Shown here in pieces: positions 48,392 to 58,758 of a stretch of 64,000 nucleotides of DNA. The position numbers and the translations under genes were made by a program. Source of the DNA: an uncultured Methanosarcinales archaeon. Its GTDB lineage: Archaea; Nanobdellota; Nanobdellia; Woesearchaeales; GW2011-AR9. Under the pieces are notes generated by a model. It saw nothing but the letters and a program-made list of their open reading frames with translations. It was not told the origin of the DNA and ran no database searches. The DNA is taken from the NCBI GenBank assembly GCA_964510085.1, contig CAZEAB010000002.1, positions 35,567 to 99,566 of the forward strand, given 5' to 3'. Position 1 is the stretch's first letter. Each line of letters opens with the position of its first letter.

Positions 48392-49529
48392 AAATGTTAT
48401 ACTTGTAATAGCTATAATTTGTATCGTAGCAGTTATTGGTTATTTTGAATTACAAAAGCCAGATATTTCTGATATTGATGAAAATGTTGATATAATCATA
48501 GAATCTGGACCAATAGGAAATATAAATGAACAATCTGCAACAACTAAAGAACCAAAAGTAAAACTTACAGAAGAAGACAAGAAAAGAATTGCTACAAAAG
48601 CCAGAAATTATGTACGAGCAAAGGAATTAGTATCCCCAGATGGATACATCAACACCAACAGCATCACACTCCAAGAACATGTTGGAAAAAATATTCTCCT
48701 TGTAGATTTTTGGACGTATAGCTGCATTAATTGTCAAAGAACTCTTCCTTATGTAACTAGTTGGTATGAAAAATATAAAGATGAAGGCCTGGTAATCATT
48801 GGAGTTCACACACCGGAATTTGGCTTTGAAGAAAAGTATGATAATGTTCTAAAAGCAACAGAAAAATGGGGTATAACATACCCTGTTGTGCAAGACAACG
48901 CATACAAAACATGGCGAGCATATAATAACAGATATTGGCCACGAAAATATTTGATAGACATTGATGGATTTATTGTATATGACCATATTGGTGAAGGTGG
49001 GTATGAAGAAACTGAAAGAGTAATACAAGAACTTTTAGAAGAAAGAAATGAAGTATTGGGCTTGGATGGGAAAACAACTCAAGAACTGTCTCAAATAAAA
49101 ACCATAAAGCCAGAATCTCACAAAATTCAAACACCAGAACTTTACTTAGGGTATGGTTTCGAAAGAAATCAAATGGGTAACAAAGAGGGATGGCAACCAA
49201 ATAAGGTTATTGAATATGGATCTCCAGACACATTTATTGAAAACAAGTTCCATCTTGAAGGAATGTGGAAAAACAACAAAGATAACATGGAAGTAATAAG
49301 CCAAAAAGGAAAAATAATATTACCTTATACTGCTAAAGTAGTTAACATTGTTGCAGGATCAAATGAGAAAAAAGAAATAACTGTTTTATTAGATGGGAAA
49401 AAGACAAATACAATTTCAATATCTAACTTTGACCTTTATACAATTGTAGAAAGTAAAGATTACTCAGAACATATGCTTGAACTTGAAATCCCACAAGGAG
49501 TGATGGTATACACATTTACATTTGGTTAG
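48381..49529 (+). CDS. Membrane-anchored thioredoxin, DipZ C-terminal-like
   Basis: DFWTYSCINC.RTLP, GVHTPEF, WP..YLID, GEG.Y, TPE.YLG, YTFTFG. Confidence 0.9.
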   Translation: MKTRNVILVIAIICIVAVIGYFELQKPDISDIDENVDIIIESGPIGNINEQSATTKEPKVKLTEEDKKRIATKARNYVRAKELVSPDGYINTNSITLQEHVGKNILLVDFWTYSCINCQRTLPYVTSWYEKYKDEGLVIIGVHTPEFGFEEKYDNVLKATEKWGITYPVVQDNAYKTWRAYNNRYWPRKYLIDIDGFIVYDHIGEGGYEETERVIQELLEERNEVLGLDGKTTQELSQIKTIKPESHKIQTPELYLGYGFERNQMGNKEGWQPNKVIEYGSPDTFIENKFHLEGMWKNNKDNMEVISQKGKIILPYTAKVVNIVAGSNEKKEITVLLDGKKTNTISISNFDLYTIVESKDYSEHMLELEIPQGVMVYTFTFG

Positions 49530-49587
49530 ATACACATTTTAATTATTGTTACTTTTTATTATTACTCTTTATGTTATTATTATCAAA

Positions 49588-50955
49588 TCATTTTTTCTTC
49601 TTCCTGATAACTTTTTTAATTTTTGTAATTTCTTTCTTATGTTTCAAGATTTTTTTCCTTTCTTCTTTCGCTTTTTCTTTTATTTCCTGTATTTTTCTTT
49701 CCTTTTTCTTAACTCTTTTAACTTTTGATTTGAGCTGTGTGGTTTCCTTCTTAACTCCTCGAATTTTCTTATCTAATTTTGCAGGTAAATTGTTATTATT
49801 TTCTAATCTCTTATGAAACAATTTTATCAGAAATGGACTAATTAACGTTGTAACTATTGATAATACAATAATTGAAGTTACCAACGTTTCATCAAATAGA
49901 TTTGCTTCTAACGCAACAAGAGCTACAACTAAAGTAGTCGACAATTGCGGAATTGTTGCTGAACCAATCAACAAACTTTGACGATTATTATGGCCAGTTA
50001 ACATCCCTCCTAACCACCCACTACAAAACTTTGAAAAAATTAAAGCACCAACAATAGCTCCAGTTAACAACAAATGTTCCTGCACTGTAAATAAAGATAG
50101 AACATCTGTCCTCATTCCAATAACAAGGAAAAAAATTGGAATAAAAATTCCATAACTAATAGTATACAATTTCTCTGAAACTAATCTATGTCCAATCGCA
50201 TCTGAAAGGAATAATCCAACAAAGAAACCAGCAATTATTGCATGTAGTCCTAATAATTCAAAGAATAACGCCGTTACAATCAGGACTGTTACTATAAAAC
50301 GTAATTCTCCCTCAAAAACATCTCCCTTCTGCGTTTCTTTTCTTTGTTTTACAAAGAATGCTTGTAATTTCGGAAGGAAGAAAAATAATAAGAGTAACGA
50401 GACAATCACTAGCGGTATGTACATACTTAATGGAATTACCTGACTAGTATCAACAGATTGCAGTAAGAACGCTAAAATCAGTAATGAAGTAACATCTTCA
50501 AAAACAGTAGAAGAAATAATAGTTCTTCCTAAATCAGTATCAGCTAATTTTGTTTCCTTTAAAGATGGAATCACAATAGCAATGGATGAAGAAACAAAAA
50601 TCGCTCCCAAAATTAATGAAGTTATTAGGTTATAACCAAAATAAGAAGCAACAAAGTAACCTACAATAAATGGAAGAACTCCATTCGTTAGAGCTATTAT
50701 TAATGACTTCTTCCCAATCCTTCGTAATGATGAAATTCTTACATCCAATCCTGCCGTGAACATTAAAAATATAGCTCCAATGAATGCAAGGAAAGAAGCC
50801 GTATCCCCTAAATCAAGAATATTAAACCCAAAAGGTCCAATTAAAACCCCTGTAATTATAATTGAAGTAACATATGGGATATGAATTTTTTTAGCTAACT
50901 CTGGAAGAATAAAACTTGCTCCAATTATCAACAAGAAAAATATGAGATAATCCAT
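49588..50955 (-). CDS. CPA2-family cation:proton antiporter with Lys-rich tail
   Basis: GVLIGP, LMF.AGL, SS.AIV, FEDV, FIPIFF..IG; C-terminal K/E coiled coil. Confidence 0.9.
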   Translation of the reverse strand: MDYLIFFLLIIGASFILPELAKKIHIPYVTSIIITGVLIGPFGFNILDLGDTASFLAFIGAIFLMFTAGLDVRISSLRRIGKKSLIIALTNGVLPFIVGYFVASYFGYNLITSLILGAIFVSSSIAIVIPSLKETKLADTDLGRTIISSTVFEDVTSLLILAFLLQSVDTSQVIPLSMYIPLVIVSLLLLFFFLPKLQAFFVKQRKETQKGDVFEGELRFIVTVLIVTALFFELLGLHAIIAGFFVGLFLSDAIGHRLVSEKLYTISYGIFIPIFFLVIGMRTDVLSLFTVQEHLLLTGAIVGALIFSKFCSGWLGGMLTGHNNRQSLLIGSATIPQLSTTLVVALVALEANLFDETLVTSIIVLSIVTTLISPFLIKLFHKRLENNNNLPAKLDKKIRGVKKETTQLKSKVKRVKKKERKIQEIKEKAKEERKKILKHKKEITKIKKVIRKKKK

Positions 50956-51065
50956 AACGGAAGGAATTTATTATGCTTAATAAAATTATTGTTTGATACA
51001 TCCCCTTTCTAGAGAGTAAACTCACAATGGTAACATTTAAAAATTTCGTTTGATTTATTCAAATA

Positions 51066-51791
51066 ATGGTAGATGTTTTAGTAACGTTTTGGAACAGATT
51101 TATAGATCTTTTAGATTTACCAATCCATCACCCTGAAGCATTTTGGATAGTTCTTCCATTAATATTGATAATTATATTGATGACAGTTTATTTTGCACGA
51201 TACAAAGACGAAGAACTTGGTTGGAATACCGCATTAGGAAACAGTTTTATCTTAATCTTCGTATCAATAGATTTATTCAGAACAATATTTAATGATGGAA
51301 GATCAACAGGTGCAATCATTCTCGCATCAATCCTTCTTTTAGAGGGCGTTGTACTTCTTTTTGTCAACTTCACCCACTATTTACCAAAGAAAATAAGTTA
51401 CTTCATCTCATCACCATTACCAATCAATCTTACTGCATATGTTTTTATTAGCATTATTTATAGTAAAGTTTCAGTAGACATATACACCATTCTTTCAGCA
51501 ATCTTATTGTTTGCACTTCTTTTAGGAATATTCCTTACAATCGGCTTTATTTCCAAGAAATGGTGGACAAGAATAGAAAGAATCAAAGCAATGGAAAATA
51601 TAGAGGATGTTAAGGAGGAGAAAAAAATATTAGAATCAAAGAAGAAAGAAGTAAAACAGGAAGAAAAGAAGATTAAGAAAGCAGTAGTTTCTCATGAAAA
51701 AGAAGTAAAGAAGAAAAAAGAAGAATTAAAAAAGATTAAAAAAGTAACTAAGAAGAAAACCTCTAAAAAGAAAGCAACAAAGAAAAAATGA
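51066..51791 (+). CDS. Hypothetical multi-TM membrane protein with Lys-rich tail
   Basis: About five TM helices, EELGWNTALGN motif, K/E-rich C-terminus. Confidence 0.7.
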   Translation: MVDVLVTFWNRFIDLLDLPIHHPEAFWIVLPLILIIILMTVYFARYKDEELGWNTALGNSFILIFVSIDLFRTIFNDGRSTGAIILASILLLEGVVLLFVNFTHYLPKKISYFISSPLPINLTAYVFISIIYSKVSVDIYTILSAILLFALLLGIFLTIGFISKKWWTRIERIKAMENIEDVKEEKKILESKKKEVKQEEKKIKKAVVSHEKEVKKKKEELKKIKKVTKKKTSKKKATKKK

Positions 51792-52357
51792 TTGCACATG
51801 AACACATACAGAAGTTTACAATAAAAGAATTAGCGTTAATTCTACTTTTGAGTGTGTTCTCTTTTCTTCTAATTTACTTTGGAACACATCTTATTAATCC
51901 ATCTTATACCCTTATTTTTTCTTTAGGAATTACTATTGTTTTAATGAATCTTCTTATGTATGTAATCTCAAAATCAGGGACAGCTCTTTTCTACTACACA
52001 CTTGTAGCTTTTTTTACAATGAACATTCATGACATTGGTATTACTGGATATGATAAAGTGATAGCATTCGTAATTGCTGTACTAGTTTTTGAAGTAGTCT
52101 TCTTAATATTAAAACTACATCTACATAATGTTCCAGCAGATATGATACTTGGCAGTTCTCTTTTTGGCCCGGCACTTATGTTTGCAGCAGCATTTATTCT
52201 TTCTACAATAGATCTAATAATGGGAATTGGATTCATTAATATGCTACTTCTAAGTTTCGGAGTTACTCTAGGGTCTTCTGTAATAGCATTTTTATTATGG
52301 TACCACATTGCACGGGCAAAGCCAATTGTCAAGTTTAGAAATTACATCTCATACTAG
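51788..52357 (+). CDS. Hypothetical multi-TM protein (ECF S-component-like size and topology)
   Basis: 189 aa, about six TM helices, KFTIKEL N-terminus; 4-nt overlap with upstream gene. Confidence 0.6.
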   Translation: MIAHEHIQKFTIKELALILLLSVFSFLLIYFGTHLINPSYTLIFSLGITIVLMNLLMYVISKSGTALFYYTLVAFFTMNIHDIGITGYDKVIAFVIAVLVFEVVFLILKLHLHNVPADMILGSSLFGPALMFAAAFILSTIDLIMGIGFINMLLLSFGVTLGSSVIAFLLWYHIARAKPIVKFRNYISY

Positions 52358-52548
52358 GAATTGCTTATTCTAAAAATTTATTAAAGAAAATGTTACAAAC
52401 TTCCACAAACAAAACATCAATCCGAAGATATCAATCAAGTAAGCTTCAGTAAGTAACAAGACACCAAATTTCAATGAGTATATATAACTTCTCTAACACT
52501 TCAAAATGACAACAAAGTTTTTAAGAACTAGACAGAAATAAGAGAGAT

Positions 52549-53070
52549 ATGAAAATAACTGACATATCTGAATTAGAACAACAATCACAAGATCGAAAAA
52601 TACCAATAATTGGTCCTAAGAAAGGCGAATGGCTTCTTTCAGTTGTAAAGAAACATCAACCACATAAAATTCTAGAACTCGGAACAGCTAATGGGTATTC
52701 TGGAATAATACTTGGATCAGAAGGAGGAGAACTGATTACATTAGAATTAAACCACAAAATAGCAGAAGAAGCACAAACAAACTTTACAAAACATAACACG
52801 GACGCTATAATCATCGTTGGAGATGCTGTAGAAAATACACACAAACTCATAGAAAGATTTGACCTCATTTTCATAGATTTTGCAAAAAAGAAGTACATAG
52901 ACGTTCTGGAAAAGTGTATAGAACTTCTCAACACAGGTGGCATACTTATAGCAGATAATATTTCTATGGAAGGCTGTCAAGATTTCAAAGAAGCTGTTCT
53001 TCACCATCCAGAATTTGATTCAGAAATAATTGATGTTGGGGATGGATTGAGTTATAGTATTAAGGTGTGA
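52549..53070 (+). CDS. O-methyltransferase (YrrM/TrmR-like)
   Basis: IPII, ILELGTA.GYS, GDA, FDLIFID..K..Y, GG.LIADN, GDG. Confidence 0.88.
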   Translation: MKITDISELEQQSQDRKIPIIGPKKGEWLLSVVKKHQPHKILELGTANGYSGIILGSEGGELITLELNHKIAEEAQTNFTKHNTDAIIIVGDAVENTHKLIERFDLIFIDFAKKKYIDVLEKCIELLNTGGILIADNISMEGCQDFKEAVLHHPEFDSEIIDVGDGLSYSIKV

Positions 53071-54367
53071 ATCGTTCCATCGTCCTTGGAAATGGAATTA
53101 CATCCTTAATACTTTCTAAACCGCAAATCCATTTAATAACTCTCTCAACTCCAAGACCATATCCTGAATGTGGTACGCTTCCATACTTACGTAAATCAAT
53201 ATACCATTCATATGTTTTAGGATCTTCTCCTTCCTTCTTTAATTCCTCAACAAGTCTTTTAGAATCTGTTTCTCTCTCACTTCCACCAACAATTTCACCA
53301 AAACTTTCTGGAGCTAGCATATCAAAACACTTTGCAACAGGACCTGGAACATTTTCTTGCTTTCCCTCTCGTTCAGGTTTATAGAACGCCATAACTTCTT
53401 TAGGATAATCAATTACAACAACAGGAGTATCAAACAACTCCATCAATTTCTCCTCCTCAATTGTCCGTAAATCTTTTCCCCATTCTACATCCATATCACA
53501 CTTCTCTTTCAACAATCGAAGAGCTTCAGTATACGTAATAGTTGGATAATCTTTTTCACTACAAATCTTCAACTTCTCAATATCTCTACCAAGCATCTCC
53601 AACTCACTTTGATGTTTTTCAAGAACTTTCTGAACAATAAACTTAACTTCTGCTTTCGCAACTTCGGTAACATCTTCTAAATGCATCCACGCAGCTTCCA
53701 TTTCCGCCATCCAAAATTCTGCTAAATGACGTGATGTTTTACTTTTCTCAGAACGAAACGTAGGTGAAACATTATAGATTTTTTCTAACGAAAACACAGC
53801 AGACTCTGCATATAATTGCCATGATTGTGCAAGATACATGATGGAATCAAAATACTTCACTTCAAATAACGTAGAACCACCTTCACATGCATTCGGCTGA
53901 AAGATTGGTGCATGAAACTCATAATAACCCCTCTCGCGGAAAAAATCATGAATCGCACCAAGAACAGTACTTCGAATTTTGAGAATGGCTTGCATCTTTC
54001 TACTTCGTAACCACAAGTGCCTATTGTCTGCAAGGAACTCAATACTTTGATCTTTAGTAATAGGATATGTGTCACTCTTACCAACAATTGAAAAATTACT
54101 TACCTGAATTTCATACCCAGTAGGAGCTCGAGGATCTTCTTTAATCTCTCCTTCAATTTCAATAGAAGATTCTACTTGTAAAGCATCAATTTCATCCCAT
54201 CTATCTTCAAAAGCATCCTTCTTAATTACACATTGAATGGTGTTAGAACTATCTCGTAACACAACGAACTTCATCTTATTACTTCCACGTTCTCGATGAA
54301 CCCATCCTCTAATAGAAACAGTTCCTGTTCCTAAGTTCATAGCCTCTTGAATTGAAATATATGTCAT
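53060..54367 (-). CDS. asnS: Asparaginyl-tRNA synthetase
   Basis: RGWV.R, RHLWLRS, EGG..LF, YLAQS.QLY.E, FR.EKSKT.RHL.EFW..E.E, KAFY-like MAFY, YG.VPHSG.GLG.ER. Confidence 0.92.
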   Translation of the reverse strand: MTYISIQEAMNLGTGTVSIRGWVHRERGSNKMKFVVLRDSSNTIQCVIKKDAFEDRWDEIDALQVESSIEIEGEIKEDPRAPTGYEIQVSNFSIVGKSDTYPITKDQSIEFLADNRHLWLRSRKMQAILKIRSTVLGAIHDFFRERGYYEFHAPIFQPNACEGGSTLFEVKYFDSIMYLAQSWQLYAESAVFSLEKIYNVSPTFRSEKSKTSRHLAEFWMAEMEAAWMHLEDVTEVAKAEVKFIVQKVLEKHQSELEMLGRDIEKLKICSEKDYPTITYTEALRLLKEKCDMDVEWGKDLRTIEEEKLMELFDTPVVVIDYPKEVMAFYKPEREGKQENVPGPVAKCFDMLAPESFGEIVGGSERETDSKRLVEELKKEGEDPKTYEWYIDLRKYGSVPHSGYGLGVERVIKWICGLESIKDVIPFPRTMERFTP

Positions 54368-54399
54368 AGATAGAAAAATATTCAGTCACTATAAAAAAC

Positions 54400-55785
54400 T
54401 TACCCCAAAACTTCTTTCATAATCTTATTAACAACAGCCGGATCTGCTTTACCTTGCGTAATACGCATAACCTGACCAACTAGAAAATTAAAACTCTTCT
54501 CACTTCCACTTTTATAATCTTCAACAGCTTTCTCATTAGACTTAACAACATCCTCACATACAAAACGAATCTCCGAATCATCACCAACCAACATCAAACC
54601 TTCTCGAATAACATACTCTTTTGGAGAAAAGGGTGCATCGATCAACTTCTCCATCAATTTTTGACCAGTCCTTTCAGAAATATCTTTTCCTTCAACTAAT
54701 CGTAATATCTCCATAACATGTTGTTCATCTAACTCAACTTCTTTCAAACTCTTTTTATTGTAATTTAACACCCGCATCAACTCATGACGTAACCACTTCG
54801 CAGCAATTTTAGGATCAATTTCCGCAGCTACTCTCTCAAACAATTCAGCAAGTTCTAATTCCATAGACAAAACTTCAGCATCTATCGTGTCAATTTTATG
54901 TTCTTCAACATATCGTACAGAGCGAACATGCGCTAATTCTGGAACATCCTTACGAATAGATTCAATCTTATCATTACTAACACTAAATACAGGAAGATCT
55001 GGCTCAATAATATACCCATAATCTGCTTCATTCTCTTTTAAACGTAACATAGTTGTCTTTCTTCCAGTCCACGCTCTTGTATGAACTTTTTTCTCTCCAG
55101 GTTTCTTCAACGCAATTTTCTGACGAACTAACTCATAATTCATAGCTCTCTCCGCATCTTTAAAACTGCTAACATTCTTAATCTCTACACGGGGATGTCC
55201 TTCAATATTTACATTTAAATCAGATTTTACAACACCAGTTCGTTCATCAAAAATCTTAAGATACTTTACAATTCTAACAAGCTCATTCAAAAATTCACGA
55301 GCTTCTGCAGGAGAATTCATACAAGGTGTTGTTACAATCTCTACTAATGGAACACCACTTCTGTTATAATCAATCAACACACTATCTGATTCATCAATAG
55401 CTCCATCATGAATTAATGCTGCAGGATCTTCTTCAATATGAATACGTTCAATTTCAACAACTTTTCCACTCTTTAATTTAACACTTCCATTTCTTCCAAG
55501 TGGAATTTCAAATTGTGTAATCTGATAATTCTTACTCATATCGGGATAGAAATACGTCTTTCTTGAGAAAGCAACTTCATTCTCAATTTTGCATCCAAGT
55601 GCTATACATAACTTCAAAGCATAATCTAACACCTTTTTGTTAAACATTGGTTTACTCCCAGGATGTCCTAAACAAATTTCACATACCTGTGTATTTGGTT
55701 TCCCCTCACTAGTAGGACAACCACAGAAAGCTTTCGTATCAGTATTCAATTGAATGTGCGTTTCCAAACCAACCAATGTTACCAT
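54400..55785 (-). CDS. gatB: Asp/Glu-tRNA amidotransferase subunit B
   Basis: VGLE.H.QL, RK.YFYPD..K.YQITQ, HIEED, DYNRSG.PL.EIV, VEIKN, GQVM. Confidence 0.96.
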   Translation of the reverse strand: MVTLVGLETHIQLNTDTKAFCGCPTSEGKPNTQVCEICLGHPGSKPMFNKKVLDYALKLCIALGCKIENEVAFSRKTYFYPDMSKNYQITQFEIPLGRNGSVKLKSGKVVEIERIHIEEDPAALIHDGAIDESDSVLIDYNRSGVPLVEIVTTPCMNSPAEAREFLNELVRIVKYLKIFDERTGVVKSDLNVNIEGHPRVEIKNVSSFKDAERAMNYELVRQKIALKKPGEKKVHTRAWTGRKTTMLRLKENEADYGYIIEPDLPVFSVSNDKIESIRKDVPELAHVRSVRYVEEHKIDTIDAEVLSMELELAELFERVAAEIDPKIAAKWLRHELMRVLNYNKKSLKEVELDEQHVMEILRLVEGKDISERTGQKLMEKLIDAPFSPKEYVIREGLMLVGDDSEIRFVCEDVVKSNEKAVEDYKSGSEKSFNFLVGQVMRITQGKADPAVVNKIMKEVLG

Positions 55786-55804
55786 TTTTTATCTATTTCC
55801 CATT

Positions 55805-57070
55805 CTATTTTTTCTCATAATAATCTGCAACTTGTATAATTCTCTTTTCATTCCAATGATCTCCAATAAGTAACATCCCAATTGGCATTCCATCCTTCTT
55901 CCCACAAGGAATACTAATGTGTGGCAATCCAGCTAAGTTAGGGCCTACTGTTAGAATATCCATCATATATTGTTGCATAGGAGTCATCTTCTCTACTTCA
56001 TCAAACTTAGGTGCTATAACTGGCATAGATGGAGAGATTAACACGTCATACTTCTCAAACAACTTCTTATACTCATCAATAATTAATTGACGAACCTTCA
56101 TGGCTTTAATGTAATACGCATCTCTATACCCCACCATTCTTGCAAATGTACCAAGAATAATTCGTCTTTTAGTTTCTTTATTAAAATTCTCTGAACGAAC
56201 TGAAGAAAAGTAATCATTAAAACTAACTCCAGAAGGTTCCCCCTCAACACCATACCGTAAACCACAATATTTTGCTAAATTAGTAGAAGCTTCCGTTAAC
56301 GCAATAAGATAATACGTAGACACACCATACTTCATAGTAATTGGAAGACTAACTTCCTCAACCTCTCCCAACATACCAGCAGCATGTCGAACAGCTTCAG
56401 CAATCTCTGGATCAACACCCTCTCCAAATGCTTCCGCTATTACTCCTATTTTCAAACCACTAATATCTCTTCCAATATCCTCACTAAACCCCTTCTCTTT
56501 CTCAACACACGTAGCATCTTTTCCATCAGCACCAGAAATAATCTCTAACACCTCAGCACATTTCTTAACGGTTTTAGCAATAGGACCAATCTTATCTAAT
56601 GAATTTGCATAACTTAATAACCCATATCTACTCACTCTTCCATACGTTGGAGTTAAACCAATAACTCCACAAAATGCTGCAGGACATGCAATACTTCCAC
56701 CAGTTGATTGACCTAATGCAATATGGTTCTCATCAAGTAAAGCAACAGCACCAGCCGCACCACCACTAGAACCACCACATACCCTCTCTTTATCTAACGG
56801 ATTCTTTGGAACTTCTTTATCCAAACCAACATTCACAGAGAAACTACCAAACCCAAATGCATCCATTGCAGTCTTCCCAATACACACACCACCTGCTTTC
56901 TTTAACCTCTCAACAACAGTCGCATCAAATCGTGGTATATAATTAAACAAAATCTGTGAACCTGCAGTTGTGGGCATATCTTCTGTACAGATAGAATCTT
57001 TCACACTAAATTTAAATTTGCCAGTAGAAGAATCAACACGATGATTAAATAAATGAAATTCATCCATCAT
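55805..57070 (-). CDS. gatA: Asp/Glu-tRNA amidotransferase subunit A (short N-terminus)
   Basis: SVKD, GGSSGG, STGGSI..PA, PTYGRVSRYGL, E.KRRI.LG, NLAGLP. Confidence 0.95.
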   Translation of the reverse strand: MMDEFHLFNHRVDSSTGKFKFSVKDSICTEDMPTTAGSQILFNYIPRFDATVVERLKKAGGVCIGKTAMDAFGFGSFSVNVGLDKEVPKNPLDKERVCGGSSGGAAGAVALLDENHIALGQSTGGSIACPAAFCGVIGLTPTYGRVSRYGLLSYANSLDKIGPIAKTVKKCAEVLEIISGADGKDATCVEKEKGFSEDIGRDISGLKIGVIAEAFGEGVDPEIAEAVRHAAGMLGEVEEVSLPITMKYGVSTYYLIALTEASTNLAKYCGLRYGVEGEPSGVSFNDYFSSVRSENFNKETKRRIILGTFARMVGYRDAYYIKAMKVRQLIIDEYKKLFEKYDVLISPSMPVIAPKFDEVEKMTPMQQYMMDILTVGPNLAGLPHISIPCGKKDGMPIGMLLIGDHWNEKRIIQVADYYEKK

Positions 57071-57354
57071 ACTGCTTTTGGTCCTTTGAAATAACCTTCC
57101 TCCTTATTCTTTACAGCAGAATCAAACACTTCTTCTTCAGAAAAACAATCCTCTACTTTATCTTCTCTAAAAACATTACGAACAGTAATTGGATGGAATG
57201 CAGGTTCAACATGATCAGTATTAACTTCTTCTAGTTTAGAGAAAACTTCCATAACTTCTTTTAATTGTGGTAAAAATTCAGAAACCTCTTCCTCACTAAG
57301 TTTAAGACGAGAATTTGCTGCAATCTGCAACAACAACTCTTTAGTCAGTTCCAT
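57067..57354 (-). CDS. gatC: Asp/Glu-tRNA amidotransferase subunit C
   Basis: A..SRL.L.EEE, L.EVNT..VEP, NVFRED, YF..PK; start moved to MELTK. Confidence 0.92.
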   Translation of the reverse strand: MELTKELLLQIAANSRLKLSEEEVSEFLPQLKEVMEVFSKLEEVNTDHVEPAFHPITVRNVFREDKVEDCFSEEEVFDSAVKNKEEGYFKGPKAV

Positions 57355-57355
57355 C

Positions 57356-58735
57356 CTAATCCTCGTAGATAAAAACACCCAACTCATGGAGTTGATCATC
57401 TTTTACAACACTTGGAGAGTCCGACATTAAATCTCGTGCTTCCTGATTCTTTGGAAATGCAATAACTTCTCTAATACTATCCCCACCAGCCATAATCATA
57501 GCCCATCTATCAAGACCAAACGCAATACCTCCGTGAGGTGGTGCAAACTGAAGAGCCTTTAACAGAGAACCAAATTTCTCCTCAGCTTCTCTTTCACCAA
57601 GACCAAGAGCATCAAACACTTGCTTCTGAATATCTGCATCATGAATTCGAATACTTCCCCCACCAATCTCATGACCATTTAATACCAAATCATATGCTCG
57701 ACTTTTTACTTTTGCTTTATCATTATGGATATATTTCATATCCTCTAAAAAAGGACTTGTAAAAGGATGATGAACACTTACAAATCTATTATCAGTTTCA
57801 CTAAATTCAAACATAGGGAAATCTGTAACCCATGTAAACGCATATTCTTTATCTTGCTCTTTACGCAAATCTGGATTATCCATCCCATACTTCTTCATAC
57901 TCTCATCATACGTAATTCGTGGAAAAGGAATTTGTACATCAACATCAAGAACTTCCTTAAACACATACTTAACCATTAGTTCCATTAAAGCATACATATC
58001 TTCTTCATCAATAAACGACATTTCTAAATCTAGTTGAGTAAATTCTGGTTGTCTGTCTGCACGTAAATCTTCATCTCGGAAACAACGTGCTATTTGGAAA
58101 TATCTGTCAAAACCAGATACCATTAACAACTGTTTAAACGTTTGTGGACTTTGTGGTAACGCAAAGAACTTTCCAGGAAAAGTTCTACTTGGAACAAGGT
58201 AGTCTCGTGCTCCTTCTGGAGTAGATTTTGCAAGAATTGGCGTTTCAACTTCCATAAAATCTTCCTTATCAAAAAAATCTCGAATAGCTTTAATCATTTT
58301 ATGTCGAATCATAAGATTCTTCTGCATTTTCTCTCTTCGTAAATCTAAATAACGATACTTCATTCTTGTAGATTCAGAAGATTCAATATGTTCATCTAAA
58401 TCGATAGGCAATTCAGGAACTTCTTTCAACATAGTGATTTTCTTCGCACTTAATTCAATCTCTCCAGTACCAGCGTCTTTAATTTGATTCTCAGGACGAG
58501 TTTTAACCTCTCCCTCAACTTGGATAACATCTTCCTTATTCACATTTCGAAAATCGTGAGCTAAATCCTTATTCAGAAATACTTGAGTCTTTCCATATCT
58601 ATCCCTGATATCAATAAACCCAATCTTACTGCTAATTCTCGCAGAGTCAACCCATCCAACAAGTGTAACTGTGTCACCTGCATCTTTCTTAGATAATCCA
58701 CCGCATGTATGCGTTCGAAATGCTGTTTTTGTCAT
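57356..58735 (-). CDS. aspS: Aspartyl-tRNA synthetase, bacterial type without GAD insertion
   Basis: RTHTCG, STPEGARDYLVPSR, LPQSPQ.FKQLLM, CFRDEDLRADRQPEFTQLD, HHPFT, GGGSIRIH, PPHGG.A.GLDR. Confidence 0.96.
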   Translation of the reverse strand: MTKTAFRTHTCGGLSKKDAGDTVTLVGWVDSARISSKIGFIDIRDRYGKTQVFLNKDLAHDFRNVNKEDVIQVEGEVKTRPENQIKDAGTGEIELSAKKITMLKEVPELPIDLDEHIESSESTRMKYRYLDLRREKMQKNLMIRHKMIKAIRDFFDKEDFMEVETPILAKSTPEGARDYLVPSRTFPGKFFALPQSPQTFKQLLMVSGFDRYFQIARCFRDEDLRADRQPEFTQLDLEMSFIDEEDMYALMELMVKYVFKEVLDVDVQIPFPRITYDESMKKYGMDNPDLRKEQDKEYAFTWVTDFPMFEFSETDNRFVSVHHPFTSPFLEDMKYIHNDKAKVKSRAYDLVLNGHEIGGGSIRIHDADIQKQVFDALGLGEREAEEKFGSLLKALQFAPPHGGIAFGLDRWAMIMAGGDSIREVIAFPKNQEARDLMSDSPSVVKDDQLHELGVFIYED

Positions 58736-58758
58736 TTTATATCTCTTAATGTAAAAAG

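Noticed and set aside
52370..52474. 34-aa hydrophobic ORF on the minus strand between two genes
   Set aside because: TTG start too close to the TATA-like sequence, no motif, expected by chance in AT-rich DNA
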